From contig CAWJSK010000015.1 in NCBI GenBank assembly GCA_963845535.1, positions 384,001 to 448,000 of the forward strand: a stretch of 64,000 nucleotides of DNA, written 5' to 3'. The DNA is from an uncultured Spirochaetota bacterium. GTDB lineage: Bacteria > Spirochaetota > Spirochaetia > SZUA-6 > Fen-1364. Positions 52,727 to 62,465 of this stretch are shown in pieces; positions within the stretch are counted from its first letter, which is position 1, and each line of letters begins with the position of its first letter. The notes beneath the pieces are model-generated. The model ran no database searches, was not told where the DNA came from, and saw nothing but the letters and a program-made list of their open reading frames with translations. The position numbers were made by a program, and so were the translations under genes.

Positions 52727-53485
52727 CTAAACTTTCTTCCCGCAGTACACGATTCTATTTCCCGTCTGGAACAACACATCCGCCATTTTGAACCCCGCCC
52801 ATCGGAGGCTGTTCACGTAGAAAGAGGCCGGGTAGCCATGCTCGGGGTTATCGCTAATGCCGGTAAGCTTATTCATTTCGTCGATTTCTTCCGCAATACC
52901 ATATCTATTTTTCACCGTTTGCCAAAAATCCGCGACTCGTATGACGGACTTTTTGGCCTTTTCCGAAAGGTGAAGTGACTCAAACCACTCGTCAGAAAGA
53001 GAAGTGACATCGCCGCTGACGAACAAGCCGCCTTTAGGCAGCAACTCGTACAAGCTGCGGTAGATGTTCATTACACTTTGCCGTGAAAGATAATGGAAAA
53101 AGTTCAAGGATGCCGCCGCTTGGAAGCTCCCCGCCTCTTTGATAGTCCCCTTTTTTCTTATATCGCCAAGCAAAAGAGAGAAGCTATCCCTGTATTCGTT
53201 TAAATGATGCCTATAGATCATAAGGAGAAATGGGTTGAAGTCTATCCCTACCACTTTGGTTTCTTTCAATGATTTCAAAAGATATTCAGATAGACCACCC
53301 GCACCACATCCAAGATCAACTATAACAGGATGCTCGGTTTGTATTGACTCAAGGATTCGTATGATGGTATAGGCTTGCTGCTCTCGCCAGTAGTCATGAG
53401 TGGAGTGCATTTCCACCCATTCACGGAACATTTCGTGAGAATCGACCTGATCTTCATTCGCTTCAATCCACTCTTCAATCCTCAC
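52727..53485 (-). CDS. Class I SAM-dependent methyltransferase
   Basis: IVDLGCGAGG (motif I), VVGIDFNP, SLNFFHYL, LPKGGLFVSGD. Confidence 0.85.
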   Translation of the reverse strand: MRIEEWIEANEDQVDSHEMFREWVEMHSTHDYWREQQAYTIIRILESIQTEHPVIVDLGCGAGGLSEYLLKSLKETKVVGIDFNPFLLMIYRHHLNEYRDSFSLLLGDIRKKGTIKEAGSFQAAASLNFFHYLSRQSVMNIYRSLYELLPKGGLFVSGDVTSLSDEWFESLHLSEKAKKSVIRVADFWQTVKNRYGIAEEIDEMNKLTGISDNPEHGYPASFYVNSLRWAGFKMADVLFQTGNRIVYCGKKV

Positions 53486-53916
53486 ACTATTTATTTTTGA
53501 GCACCTGCACGGAGAAGTCAAGTCCTGACCACGGCCTTTCCAAGGGGAAATAAATATGATCGGTAAGAGCGGCGGCTATTAGGCCGAACAGGACAATGGT
53601 TTGAGCGACCAGCTTGAGTACGAAGGATTTCATAAAACCTCTGTATCCCCATGATAACATTTTGAAGCGTCTACTACAGCATTGCAATCAGGTGGATCGA
53701 AGCGTGGCTTCTTCCCTTTCCTTCTTTTAGCCGTTCAATCTCCTGCTTCGTGAAAGATTGGATTGCTAGAAAGAACGCAACCTTGTTGTGCGGTAAGGAA
53801 GGAACCCAATCTTGGGTCATAACGTCAAGCGTTGCATCGGCCTCCGCCTCGGCCTGTGTTGCTCTTTTGACCGGTCGAGTTTAACGCGATATCTCATAAT
53901 CGGCAGTATTGCGTGA

Positions 53917-54894
53917 GCGTTCATCATGTGCTCTCCCCGTCAGGATATCTCTTGCCAGACTATTACGTCGCTGTTGGAGGCAGGTTTCGAGATCGACTTC
54001 TCTCCAATCTATTGGACATACGCTACCGGTTTCCCGAAAGCTCAGAACGTCGGCAAAATCGTCAGCAGCTATAGATACTTCAATGGCGCTTACGGAGGCT
54101 TTCAGCCCAAGCCAGCGGTGGAAGTCATCTTGGTCGCCATGAAGCCGATGACAGAGAAGAAATATGCTTTACAAGCCATTAGGAACGGCCACGGCGTTAC
54201 TTGGCTCGATGACTGCCGTATCCCTTTCGCCGATGATGACAGGCCTGTTGGCGGGTATGGAAGAATGGGCATTGGGATGGGAAAGCCGCAGGAGACGCAA
54301 GACTACAACAAGTCCGCCCACCGTAAAGTCACCAAATCTACGCAACCAGGAAGATTTCCTGCCAACCTATTAGTCAGCGACAACGTGCTCGATGACGGAC
54401 GAAGAGGCCACACAAGACCCCAGGGCGGGGACGGCGAAAAGCTTGACACCCAAGACCGTGGATGGGGATTCAGAAGGACGCCGTTTGCCGGCTCCGATAG
54501 CGGTTCTTACTCTCGTTATTTTGACTTGGATGCTTGGTTTGAGAAGACGTTTCCATTTCTCATTATCCCAAAGCCCTCAAGGAGGGAGAAGAATGCAGGC
54601 TTGGATGGTTCACCCACCCGACTACGCCAACGAGTACGTGATGGTGGTGGACTAGCGCGAGACCCGCTGTGGGCACCAACGGTGACCAAGAATGACCATC
54701 CCTTCGTAAAGCCGGTGAAGCTCATGGCATATCTCATCGCTCCCGGATCAAGAGAGGGACAGACCGTGCTAGATGTGTTCGCGGGTAGCGGTTCTACCGG
54801 GATAGCCGCCAAGCTTCTTAGGCGGAACTTCATAGGGATTGAGATAAACAAGGCGTATTGCGAGATTGCAGAGCGTCGAATTTTTGCGGCATGA
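53917..54894 (+). pseudogene. Phage-type N4/N6 DNA methyltransferase, 5'-truncated
   Basis: WTYATGFPK, KPAVE, GRFPANL, HPFVKPVKLM, VLDVFAGSGSTG, FIGIE. The N-terminal catalytic DPPY region is absent. Confidence 0.8.
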
Positions 54895-54927
54895 GAGCAT
54901 GGCGACTAAAGGACACCAGAGAGGAAG

Positions 54928-55260
54928 ATGATGTTGATTGTGGGTGACTTCCGAAAGCATCGGCCGTTGAAAGATACAGCCCTCATGATTGCTGACCCGA
55001 TCTACGACAAACTCGCAGACTACGAGTTCTTGATCGGTTTGGACCTCCCCTCGATTCTGTTCATGAGACCCATCACGCTATGCTATGTTCAGCCTCCCGA
55101 CCAAATAGCTCACTGGATAAAGCCGGAGCAAAAGGCTGATAGGTATCGTAGCGCCCTTTATCACCCTACACAACCCTACATCCTGCACAGAAGCAGTGCC
55201 AACACACCGTGCCGTTGTCCGGTTCTATGATCCCAAGCCCCTTATTGTTGTTGAACGCTT
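54928..55260 (+). pseudogene. Degenerate second DNA methyltransferase-like fragment
   Basis: RBS GAGGA; LIVGDFR...MIADPIY resembles the GD...xDPPY N-terminus; PKPLIVVERF lies in another frame. Confidence 0.35.
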
Positions 55261-55288
55261 CAAGACCATTGCATATCTTCCATTCAGC

Positions 55289-55840
55289 ATGAAGCGAAGA
55301 AGCTTGTCGGGAACGATCTCCGAGCTATCCAGAGACTTCTGGACGAATCTTTCAAGGATCGAGTTCATTCTGTACTTGCTCAAATGTCTCTTGGGCGGCT
55401 CCATCTGTTTTTGGTCTATACCTGTCCTTCCCGAGTTACCAGTTCTTGTGGAGCATCGTTTCCGTGCTGCTTGTTCTACCACCCGACTACCGTAACTCAA
55501 TCGCACTCTCGGTGGATCGGATCAAGGCTAATATAATAGGCGCTTTGATTGGATTGGGGACGTTCCTGCTTCATCCACGGACTTGTTCTCATTATGCGGT
55601 GCAAACATATTGACCATCTTGGTATGCACATTCCTTCGTCTCGGAAACGCTACTCGCCCGGCATTGGCTGCTCTGGTGATCGTGCTGATCCAAGAAAAGG
55701 AGAGAAACAACTGGGAGCTTGTGACCCAACGGATGGTCGCCGTTGCTGTCGGAAGCATAGTGGCTTTGGCTCTAACGCTGGTCATTCACGTCATTTCTAG
55801 CGGGAAGACCCAACGCAGCCGCCCCACCAAGTGCCGATGA
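55289..55840 (+). pseudogene. FUSC/aromatic acid exporter-like membrane protein, frameshifted
   Basis: Fragments across frames: YLLKCLLGGSIC / WSIVSVLLVL / DRIKANIIGALIG / RPALAALVIV...QRMVAVAVGSIVAL. Confidence 0.6.
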
Positions 55841-56024
55841 ATCCATCGGCTCTGGCGAGTAGCCGAGAAGCTGTAATGGCTTTTTTGGCGAAAGATAGAA
55901 CTCATATGAAGGTCATTGGATTCTGAATGCACTTTGGCATCGTCGTGGTGGCTGTCACGTCAGGCTGGATAATGTCCCGCTTACATCGAGCAAGCAAATG
56001 ACACCCGCTTTATCAAGAGCACTC

Positions 56025-56384
56025 TTACTGGCTCACCAACCAATCCTTCGCCTGCTCAACAGTCTCAAAGGTGGGAATCTTTCTACCGCTTACCCGTTGA
56101 ACGGCGGAGTAAATGATTTTTTGCAAGCCTTCGACTCCGATGACTGCCGAGGCTTTCACATACGGCGTATTGTGCGACGAAAAATCCTTCATGAGCCTAC
56201 TGCTTTCTTTTGTAAGCTCAACGCCTGTCACGTTGGTCAATAAAAGGACTGTCTCCTTTCCCCGATGTGAGATCATCATTTTTGCTTCCGCAAGTTGCGA
56301 AGACAACTCTACCTCTTTGCAGCCCGAGAGATCGACGTAGACGATGTTCTTCCCTTTGTGAGAGACGATTTGCGTCTTGTTCAT
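56025..56384 (-). CDS. Hypothetical STAS/SEC14-like small protein
   Basis: RBS AGGAGG; HKGKNIVYVDLS...SAVIGVEG...FETVEQAKDWL. Confidence 0.65.
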   Translation of the reverse strand: MNKTQIVSHKGKNIVYVDLSGCKEVELSSQLAEAKMMISHRGKETVLLLTNVTGVELTKESSRLMKDFSSHNTPYVKASAVIGVEGLQKIIYSAVQRVSGRKIPTFETVEQAKDWLVSQ

Positions 56385-56528
56385 GAAAAAATCCTCCTAA
56401 GGACCTGCTATGGATGCATGGAAGGATACTGAAAGGCCACAGGGGCCTAAATGTCAGCCAAGACCAAGGGCGAGTAAGAAAACGATTCGCTATAAAGCTC
56501 ATCAGGTCTTGGGTCTATCGTTCCAGTG

Positions 56529-57326
56529 TCATTTTTTCTTTTGACCCCGGGGTTCCATGATTCGTGCTGTCATTTTCACAACAACGCTTCGTGGAGTGAA
56601 CCGGACCGAGTTCGCAAGGAGATAGTTCATCGTACCATCAACGGCGTAAGACTTTCTGCGCTCAAGAGCGCGAAAGGCAGTCTTGACAACGCTTTCGACA
56701 GAACGCCTTCTTCCGAAGATGCCTTGAGTATTGCCCATTGCCTTCTCAAAGTTCGTCTCTGTCTCGCCTGGACAAAGGGCGAGCACTCGGATTCCTTCGC
56801 GCCTGTGTTCAGCCCAAAGAGCCTCCGAAAACGAAAGAACAAAGGCTTTCGTTGCTCCGTAGACTGCCATAAAGGGAAGGGGCTGGAACGCAGCGCCTGA
56901 TGCAACGTTGATAATGATTCCATCTTGTTTTTTGACCATGCTTGGCAGAAACAAATGTGTAAGGCTAACCAGCGCTGCAACATTGACCATGATCTCGTCA
57001 TGCTCTTTGTCCGCTGAAAGACTGTAGAAGCGCCCACGAGTTCCAAAGCCAGCGTTGTTTATCAACACGTCCACGGATTGACCTTTCTTGGTGGCTGCTG
57101 AAAAGACCTTCTGCGGAGCCTTGGGATCGCTGAGATTGGCGATGACAACCTGGGCGTCCACTCGGAATTCTTTGACGAGTTGCGAAGCCAGTTTTTCCAA
57201 CTTATCCTCTGATCTCGCAACCAGGATCAAGTTTGCTCCTTTTGCAGCCAGCGCCTTTGCGAAGGCTTCCCCTATTCCATAAGAGGCACCTGTGATCAAG
57301 GCGGTCCTTTTCTCAAATGACAGCAT
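56529..57326 (-). CDS. Short-chain dehydrogenase/reductase
   Basis: TGASYGIG, NNAGFG, NVAS, YGATK, LCPG. Confidence 0.93.
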   Translation of the reverse strand: MLSFEKRTALITGASYGIGEAFAKALAAKGANLILVARSEDKLEKLASQLVKEFRVDAQVVIANLSDPKAPQKVFSAATKKGQSVDVLINNAGFGTRGRFYSLSADKEHDEIMVNVAALVSLTHLFLPSMVKKQDGIIINVASGAAFQPLPFMAVYGATKAFVLSFSEALWAEHRREGIRVLALCPGETETNFEKAMGNTQGIFGRRRSVESVVKTAFRALERRKSYAVDGTMNYLLANSVRFTPRSVVVKMTARIMEPRGQKKK

Positions 57327-57432
57327 TTTCTTCTCCTACTTGCGTTGCAAGAGTAGCACTTGAATCCTTTAGTATCTACGGGCGATTCGAGAGAGCTTCG
57401 TTTGACCTTTAGATAGATATGCTCCGTCTATT

Positions 57433-57472
57433 GACGCAATCGCACCCCGTGAATGGCGTAATCGACACTTGC
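57433..57472 (+). repeat. 40-bp dispersed intergenic repeat, copy 1
   Basis: GACGCAATCGC-accccg-TGAATGGCGTAATCGACACTTGC; second copy at 61423-61462. Confidence 0.8.
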
Positions 57473-57523
57473 CCCATAGTGTATGCAGCAATACGCTTGA
57501 ATGGATAGAAAGGAGCGCCTTTG

Positions 57524-57889
57524 ATGGATGGCAAAAAACACACGACCATTGACGACTATATTCACTCTTGCCCGGAGGAAATTCAGACCTCCTTGCAAGA
57601 ACTGAGACGCCTTATTAGGGACACGGCACCAGAGGCAACTGAGAAAATCAGCTATCTAATGCCAACATTTTATCTAAACGGCAACTTGGTTCACTTTGCC
57701 GCCCATGCAAATCACATCGGCTTTTATCCAACGCCAAGCGGAATCAGCCATTTCAAGAAGGAACTATCAGGATATGTAACCTCCAAAGGCGCAGTTCAGT
57801 TTCCGCTACAACATCCTCTGCCATTGAACTTGATCAAGAAGATTGTGAAGTTCAGAGTGCAGGAGAACAAGGGAAAGAAGCGGAGATAG
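57524..57889 (+). CDS. DUF1801 (YdhG-like) protein
   Basis: TIDDYI, PEATEKISYLMPTF, HFAA, HIGFYP, SKGAVQFP; RBS AAGGAG. Confidence 0.88.
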   Translation: MDGKKHTTIDDYIHSCPEEIQTSLQELRRLIRDTAPEATEKISYLMPTFYLNGNLVHFAAHANHIGFYPTPSGISHFKKELSGYVTSKGAVQFPLQHPLPLNLIKKIVKFRVQENKGKKRR

Positions 57890-57956
57890 CTCTTTCCGTT
57901 GCATAGTGTCCAAACCGGACTTAGATATACTGGAATACAGATAGCAGGAGGTTCAT

Positions 57957-58367
57957 ATGAGAATGATCACTTACGTCAACTACGGCGGCAACTGTGAACA
58001 GGCGTTCCGTTTCTACGAACAGCACCTTGGCGGAAAGATAACAGCGTTCGTGAGGCATAGAGAACAGCCGAACCCTCAGAACGTTCCGGCCGGATGGGAG
58101 AATGCAGTCCTAAACGCCCGGCTGGAAATCGGAGAAACAGAACTCATGGGGGCGGATATCCCACCAGATAGGTTTCAGCCCATGCGGAGCGCCTATCTAA
58201 CACTACTCGTTGATAGCGCCAAGGACGCCGAAAGAATCTATGCCCTCCTGACCGAGGGTGGAGAAATCTTCATGAAGATGGAGGAAACCTTCTTCGCCTC
58301 CCGGTTTGCGATGTTCAGGGACAAGTTCGGCACTTCTTGGATGATCCTGCGCAAAAGGATAGGGTGA
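57957..58367 (+). CDS. VOC/glyoxalase family protein (PhnB-like)
   Basis: YGGNCEQAFRFYEQHLGG, LMGAD, ETFFASRFAMFRDKFGTSWMI. Confidence 0.9.
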   Translation: MRMITYVNYGGNCEQAFRFYEQHLGGKITAFVRHREQPNPQNVPAGWENAVLNARLEIGETELMGADIPPDRFQPMRSAYLTLLVDSAKDAERIYALLTEGGEIFMKMEETFFASRFAMFRDKFGTSWMILRKRIG

Positions 58368-58388
58368 GTCGGCTTCGTCGAACTCCAC

Positions 58389-58895
58389 CTACCCCTCGGG
58401 TATATACGGTGCCTTACCGTCTATGTCACCAACGAAATATCCAAACCCGCTATGGCCTAGCATCTTACGCACAGCCATGTTTTCTCCGATGTGGTACCAG
58501 TAGTGGTAGATTACTCTTTGAAGAAGATTCCCGTACATCCAGCGAGTCTTTTTCCCATCATGAACGACGAACTGTTGCAGCTTCTCCGTTGTCAACGCAT
58601 CCAACCACTTGTCGGCGGCTTTTGTAACTCTGTTCCAAGCCAGCCACATCTTCTTTGCTGACGGTGTGCTGTGCGGCGCTCCAAAGGCGTAATTGTCTTG
58701 AATGTCCTGAATCAGAGGCCTTCCGGTTGGAAAGTAAATGAAGTATCGTTGCTCCTGCCAAGCCAGATGCCCAATTGTCCAACTGATGCTGTTCATCGGG
58801 AGGACTCGCTTCTTTGCATCGGCCTCTGATACCTTGCAAGCTCGCTTAAACTCCGAACGGCTAAATCTCAGTTGTTGCACTAATGGATGGGGCAT
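58389..58895 (-). CDS. DinB family protein
   Basis: MNSISWTIGHLAWQE and IYHYWYHIGE metal-binding His pattern. Confidence 0.85.
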   Translation of the reverse strand: MPHPLVQQLRFSRSEFKRACKVSEADAKKRVLPMNSISWTIGHLAWQEQRYFIYFPTGRPLIQDIQDNYAFGAPHSTPSAKKMWLAWNRVTKAADKWLDALTTEKLQQFVVHDGKKTRWMYGNLLQRVIYHYWYHIGENMAVRKMLGHSGFGYFVGDIDGKAPYIPEG

Positions 58896-59161
58896 CTTTG
58901 GCTCCTTTCGCTGCGGAAACTCTACATCCCCATTTCGGTTTGGAACAGTCCTTGCGACGAAGTTGAGGTTGCGAAGAAAGAAGGGTGTCTGCCCAACGTT
59001 TTAGGAGCTAGAGGATGAGCTGCGATCAAGGAGGGGAGCGCAGTTCATGGGTGTTTCTGATTCATCCGATAATGTGTATTAGAACGATGTGGCAAGAACA
59101 AAATGGTGCTCCCAAAGGGCATAGGAACTTCGGCGACGAATGGGGAAAGCTTTCGATTACC

Positions 59162-59431
59162 ATGAAGAACGCGAGGCCGTTCTCGTTTTCCCTGTTAATG
59201 GAAGACCATCTTCTGGAATATGATGGCATCAGCATTCTCTTTTCGAGTATAGATGGCGGAGAGGCACACGGAAGGCCAACCTTTGAGGCTCATAGCAAGC
59301 CGAGTATTTCCTTAAAGAAACTTACCGAGACATTTCAAGTTCTTTCCAAGCGGATTGACTCCGAAATGAGAGATTTCGTACTTGCCAAGATCAAAGAGCC
59401 AAAAAGTGATCCCGATTTTCAACTGCCTTGA
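59162..59431 (+). CDS. Hypothetical protein or gene fragment
   Basis: Open frame with plausible composition; start uncertain; no motif recognised. Confidence 0.3.
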   Translation: MKNARPFSFSLLMEDHLLEYDGISILFSSIDGGEAHGRPTFEAHSKPSISLKKLTETFQVLSKRIDSEMRDFVLAKIKEPKSDPDFQLP

Positions 59432-59476
59432 TCGGCATACGTGAAGGCATGAAGGCAGAAATGCATGACAAACGAC

Positions 59477-59956
59477 TTACTGCGGCTTTAGGCGGATATA
59501 TTTCGGCGATTCGCCGATTTCATTCTTGATAGCACAATGAAGATATCCAACATGATGCATGACGTGGCGAAACTGGTTCGGGATCAAATCAAGCCGAGTC
59601 AGGTTCCCCCTTCCGACAAGTTCGTCTAACTGCGCTACGCTGAGTAGGGCGAGGTAGTTCTCAATCTTGGAACGAATCTCCCCGAAGTATTTGAGTAGCT
59701 GTTCTTTGGTCAGCCTTCCAGGCCCCTTTTCTGATGTTCTAAAGTGCGGCTGGTGAATGCTTGGTTCTTTAAATGTAACGGGGTTGATGAACCATTCATC
59801 AAGTGAATGGAGCGTGTGATAAAACTGCTTCCAAATCGGCTAGTCGGGAAATGACTTTTCCATCAGTGACTCGGTACAGGATTCGAGAGTCACTTGAATA
59901 TTTTCAAGAAGCACTCCACTTTGATTCTGGATTGTCCTGATGATTGAGTTATCCAC
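59477..59956 (-). pseudogene. DinB family protein with internal amber stop
   Basis: Not in the ORF track. GTG start after GAGAGGGG; 160 codons: ...FPD*PIWKQFYHTLHSLDEWF...QFRHVMHHVGYL...KPQ*; TAG at 59840-59842. Confidence 0.75.
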
Positions 59957-60056
59957 AAAAAATCCCCTCTCTTGAGAATGGGATCGCTAAGGTCCACGGC
60001 AATGACCTTAGCATCCACCTTGTCTGTGATGAGCGCCGGCCTTTTTTCAAAACTGA

Positions 60057-60428
60057 TCACTTCTTCTTCTTTGATGCATTCCATGACCCATTCGCTTTTG
60101 CAGCCTTTACAACGGCATAGCCTGCGGGGGTCATCCTTTTTTGTTTGATTAGCCTTTCAACCCTGGCCTTATTGCCCGAAGTCCAATTGCTTTTTTCCTT
60201 TCGTCTCGTGAACCTCAGGGCGTATCTTTCATCGTCGATTCGTTTCACCATGTTGTCGATCCAGCCAAAGCAAAGGGCTTCATCAAGAGCTTGGTCGTGA
60301 TTTATATGGAGGTTGCCCTTTTCACCCTTAAAGAAGACCAGCCACACTTCGGTTTCCTTATTGTGGTTCTTTAGGAGCCAAAAATGCCAGCTTTTGTCAT
60401 CTTTGCAGACAAGATGTTCCGTAGCCAT
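60057..60428 (-). CDS. YdeI/OmpD-associated family protein (short form)
   Basis: WLLKNH, EVWLVFFK, ALDEALCFGWID, RFTRRK..SNW, MTPAG, AKANGSW. Confidence 0.82.
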   Translation of the reverse strand: MATEHLVCKDDKSWHFWLLKNHNKETEVWLVFFKGEKGNLHINHDQALDEALCFGWIDNMVKRIDDERYALRFTRRKEKSNWTSGNKARVERLIKQKRMTPAGYAVVKAAKANGSWNASKKKK

Positions 60429-60578
60429 ATTCAACTCATAGTATATCAGCTATGAACGACTCGTGCATCGGTCCAGACGCCAAAAGACGAGGCCTTGAAC
60501 CTTCGTTGAGACGATCTCTGCTTGTTCCGCACGATTGCTTTCTTTCACGCAACGAATGGAATCTAGCTCGTCCTTGAT

Positions 60579-60607
60579 TTGATTACACTCTCGCAAAAGT
60601 GTAGAAT
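60579..60607 (+). promoter_or_regulatory. Sigma70-like promoter
   Basis: TTGATT-17bp-TAGAAT, 34 bp upstream of ATG 60642, which has RBS GGGAGG. Confidence 0.55.
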
Positions 60608-60641
60608 GTTGGAACAGATTTCAACCTCGACGGGAGGCAAT

Positions 60642-61400
60642 ATGTCGTTACGTGCCAAACTGACAGTCGGGCTTGGTTTCCTGTTTCTGATAATCTTTGC
60701 TTTGGCAATTTACAGTTCGATGGAGATTCAAGGATTGTCGAACGATGCTGGAAAGATCATCAAGGACAACTATGATTCCCTGGTCTACTGCAAAAACATG
60801 CTTGTTGCCTTGGACGATATGAGGACTGCTGTCGGCAGCAAGTTCTTTGGAATAAACCAGCTAAAGCTGTCTGACTACTATTCGCACCTTCTTGAAACGA
60901 GCAAGGTCGCATTTGAAAGCAACCTCAGGAATGAGCGGGGCAATATTACAGAGATAGGCGAGAAAGAGGATGTTGCGGAGTTAAGCGACAACTACAGTCT
61001 GTTCTTGAATCTTGGGCAGATGTTGCTCGGAAAAGAAGGAAGCGCCAATTTATTTTTCGGCGATTTTCTCACCGCTTACACGAGTACCAGACAGTCGGTT
61101 GTGGAGATAAACGACCTGAACATGCAAGCGATTGAACGAAAGAGCCAAGCAACAAAACGTAATGCGGGAAATATGATAAGTGGAGTGGCCGCGGTAGGGG
61201 CACTATGTGTCGTGCTGGCTTTCTTCTACTTCTGGTATTTCCCGTTCTATATTTCTAACACTACTGCCTATCTTGCAAAAAGGATGAAGGAGCTACTTAC
61301 AGGTAATGGAATAAGGTTTGAGACCAAAACCAAGGATGAGGCTTTCCTGCTGTTGCAGGGTATCAATCTGTTAGAGAACAAACCGAAGAAGGCAGAGTAG
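60642..61400 (+). CDS. Membrane sensor-only protein (TM - four-helix-bundle - TM - HAMP-like end)
   Basis: MSLRAKLTVGLGFL, IIKDNYDSLVYCKNML, NITEIGE, second transmembrane helix, then KTKDE...INLL; no kinase or other output domain. Confidence 0.7.
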   Translation: MSLRAKLTVGLGFLFLIIFALAIYSSMEIQGLSNDAGKIIKDNYDSLVYCKNMLVALDDMRTAVGSKFFGINQLKLSDYYSHLLETSKVAFESNLRNERGNITEIGEKEDVAELSDNYSLFLNLGQMLLGKEGSANLFFGDFLTAYTSTRQSVVEINDLNMQAIERKSQATKRNAGNMISGVAAVGALCVVLAFFYFWYFPFYISNTTAYLAKRMKELLTGNGIRFETKTKDEAFLLLQGINLLENKPKKAE

Positions 61401-61422
61401 TCAAGCACTCGGAGCGCCGGTG

Positions 61423-61462
61423 GACGCAATCGCCAACGCTGAATGGCGTAATCGACACTTGC
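61423..61462 (+). repeat. 40-bp dispersed intergenic repeat, copy 2
   Basis: GACGCAATCGC-caacgc-TGAATGGCGTAATCGACACTTGC. Confidence 0.8.
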
Positions 61463-61515
61463 GTCTTGAAAAGAAGCTTTCTTTCAGAAGCCTGTAGCCG
61501 ATTCCTGCTCTCTTC

Positions 61516-62091
61516 TCACCATATCCAAGGGATCAACTTTTTGCTCTCGCTCTGATAGTTTTCATAGTCTGACCCCAAAGAGGAAACCAACTCTACTTCC
61601 TCAACGTGAATGCGATAAAGAATAGCTACGAGCGGCAATCCAATAGCAAATATCAGAGAAAACCAATTCTGTAGCGCGACACCATAACCGAGGCAAGTCA
61701 GTAGTAAGCCCGTATAGGCGGGATGTCGTACCAGCCTGTAGGGGCCTCTCCGAACAACCTCTTGATTCTGATGCGTCTCCACTGTGGTTCGGAAGGAAGA
61801 ACCCAAAGTTACGATTGCCCAAATACGTAGTGAAAGAGAAAACAGCATAATTGCAAATCCAACCCAGTAAACTGCGTAACTTCTTCCCCAGGGAAAGAAG
61901 AAAGTTGGTCTCCCGCTCAGAAATCCCGCAATGGTCAGGCCAACGGCGATTGCGATGAAGTTATAGTACCTTGTTCCCCGATCCTTTGCAGTTTTTCCCT
62001 TTCCTTGCGCCTTGTCTCTGACCATGAGCCATATTTCAAAAGCAACCCAAAGTACCGTCAAAGATGTCAGCAGAATAGAGTATACGGACAT
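61516..62091 (-). CDS. Isoprenylcysteine carboxyl methyltransferase family membrane protein
   Basis: LRIWAIVTLG, GPYRLVRHPAYTG, RIHVEE...LGSDY...KLIPWIW. Confidence 0.9.
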   Translation of the reverse strand: MSVYSILLTSLTVLWVAFEIWLMVRDKAQGKGKTAKDRGTRYYNFIAIAVGLTIAGFLSGRPTFFFPWGRSYAVYWVGFAIMLFSLSLRIWAIVTLGSSFRTTVETHQNQEVVRRGPYRLVRHPAYTGLLLTCLGYGVALQNWFSLIFAIGLPLVAILYRIHVEEVELVSSLGSDYENYQSESKKLIPWIW

Positions 62092-62465
62092 GGTTCAACT
62101 CCCCTCAAGATGAAAGAAATCTGGCGACTCCTTGGATTCTCGGAATAGGCATTTATGTGCCTGGCAAATTACAAGCCATCTAACAACGAAAGCGATGAAT
62201 TGTGTTCCCATCGAAGGGATATGCTGAACCGCCGGAAAGACGCAACCATTCTTCTCGTAGCCTTTGAAAAGGGTTTTGTAAAGGATCAAACATTCTTGCG
62301 TAGCCACCCTGACCACCCCCGCCAGTTGGAACGCCTCCTGTTGCCACTCCCCCGACGAGAAGCTTGCTTCTTGTCGGTAAACTGTGTCTTCTGACATTTT
62401 TCCCCCTGCCGGGTACCTTGCATCAACTTATGCGCTCTTGTATATTCCGCACCAGGTAGCCTTAC

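Noticed and set aside
53487..53890. Short minus-strand frames (MKSFVLKLVAQ..., ...MTQDWVPSLPHNK...)
   Set aside because: Possibly small genes or relics, but too short and featureless to support.
49676..59842. Alternative genetic code in the island (TGA or TAG read as Trp)
   Set aside because: Island genes use TGG for Trp and end normally in TGA and TAG; two isolated stops in a decaying region are better explained as nonsense mutations.
62095..62397. 100-aa minus ORF and overlapping 79-aa plus ORF
   Set aside because: No recognisable motif, and I cannot tell which frame, if any, is coding.
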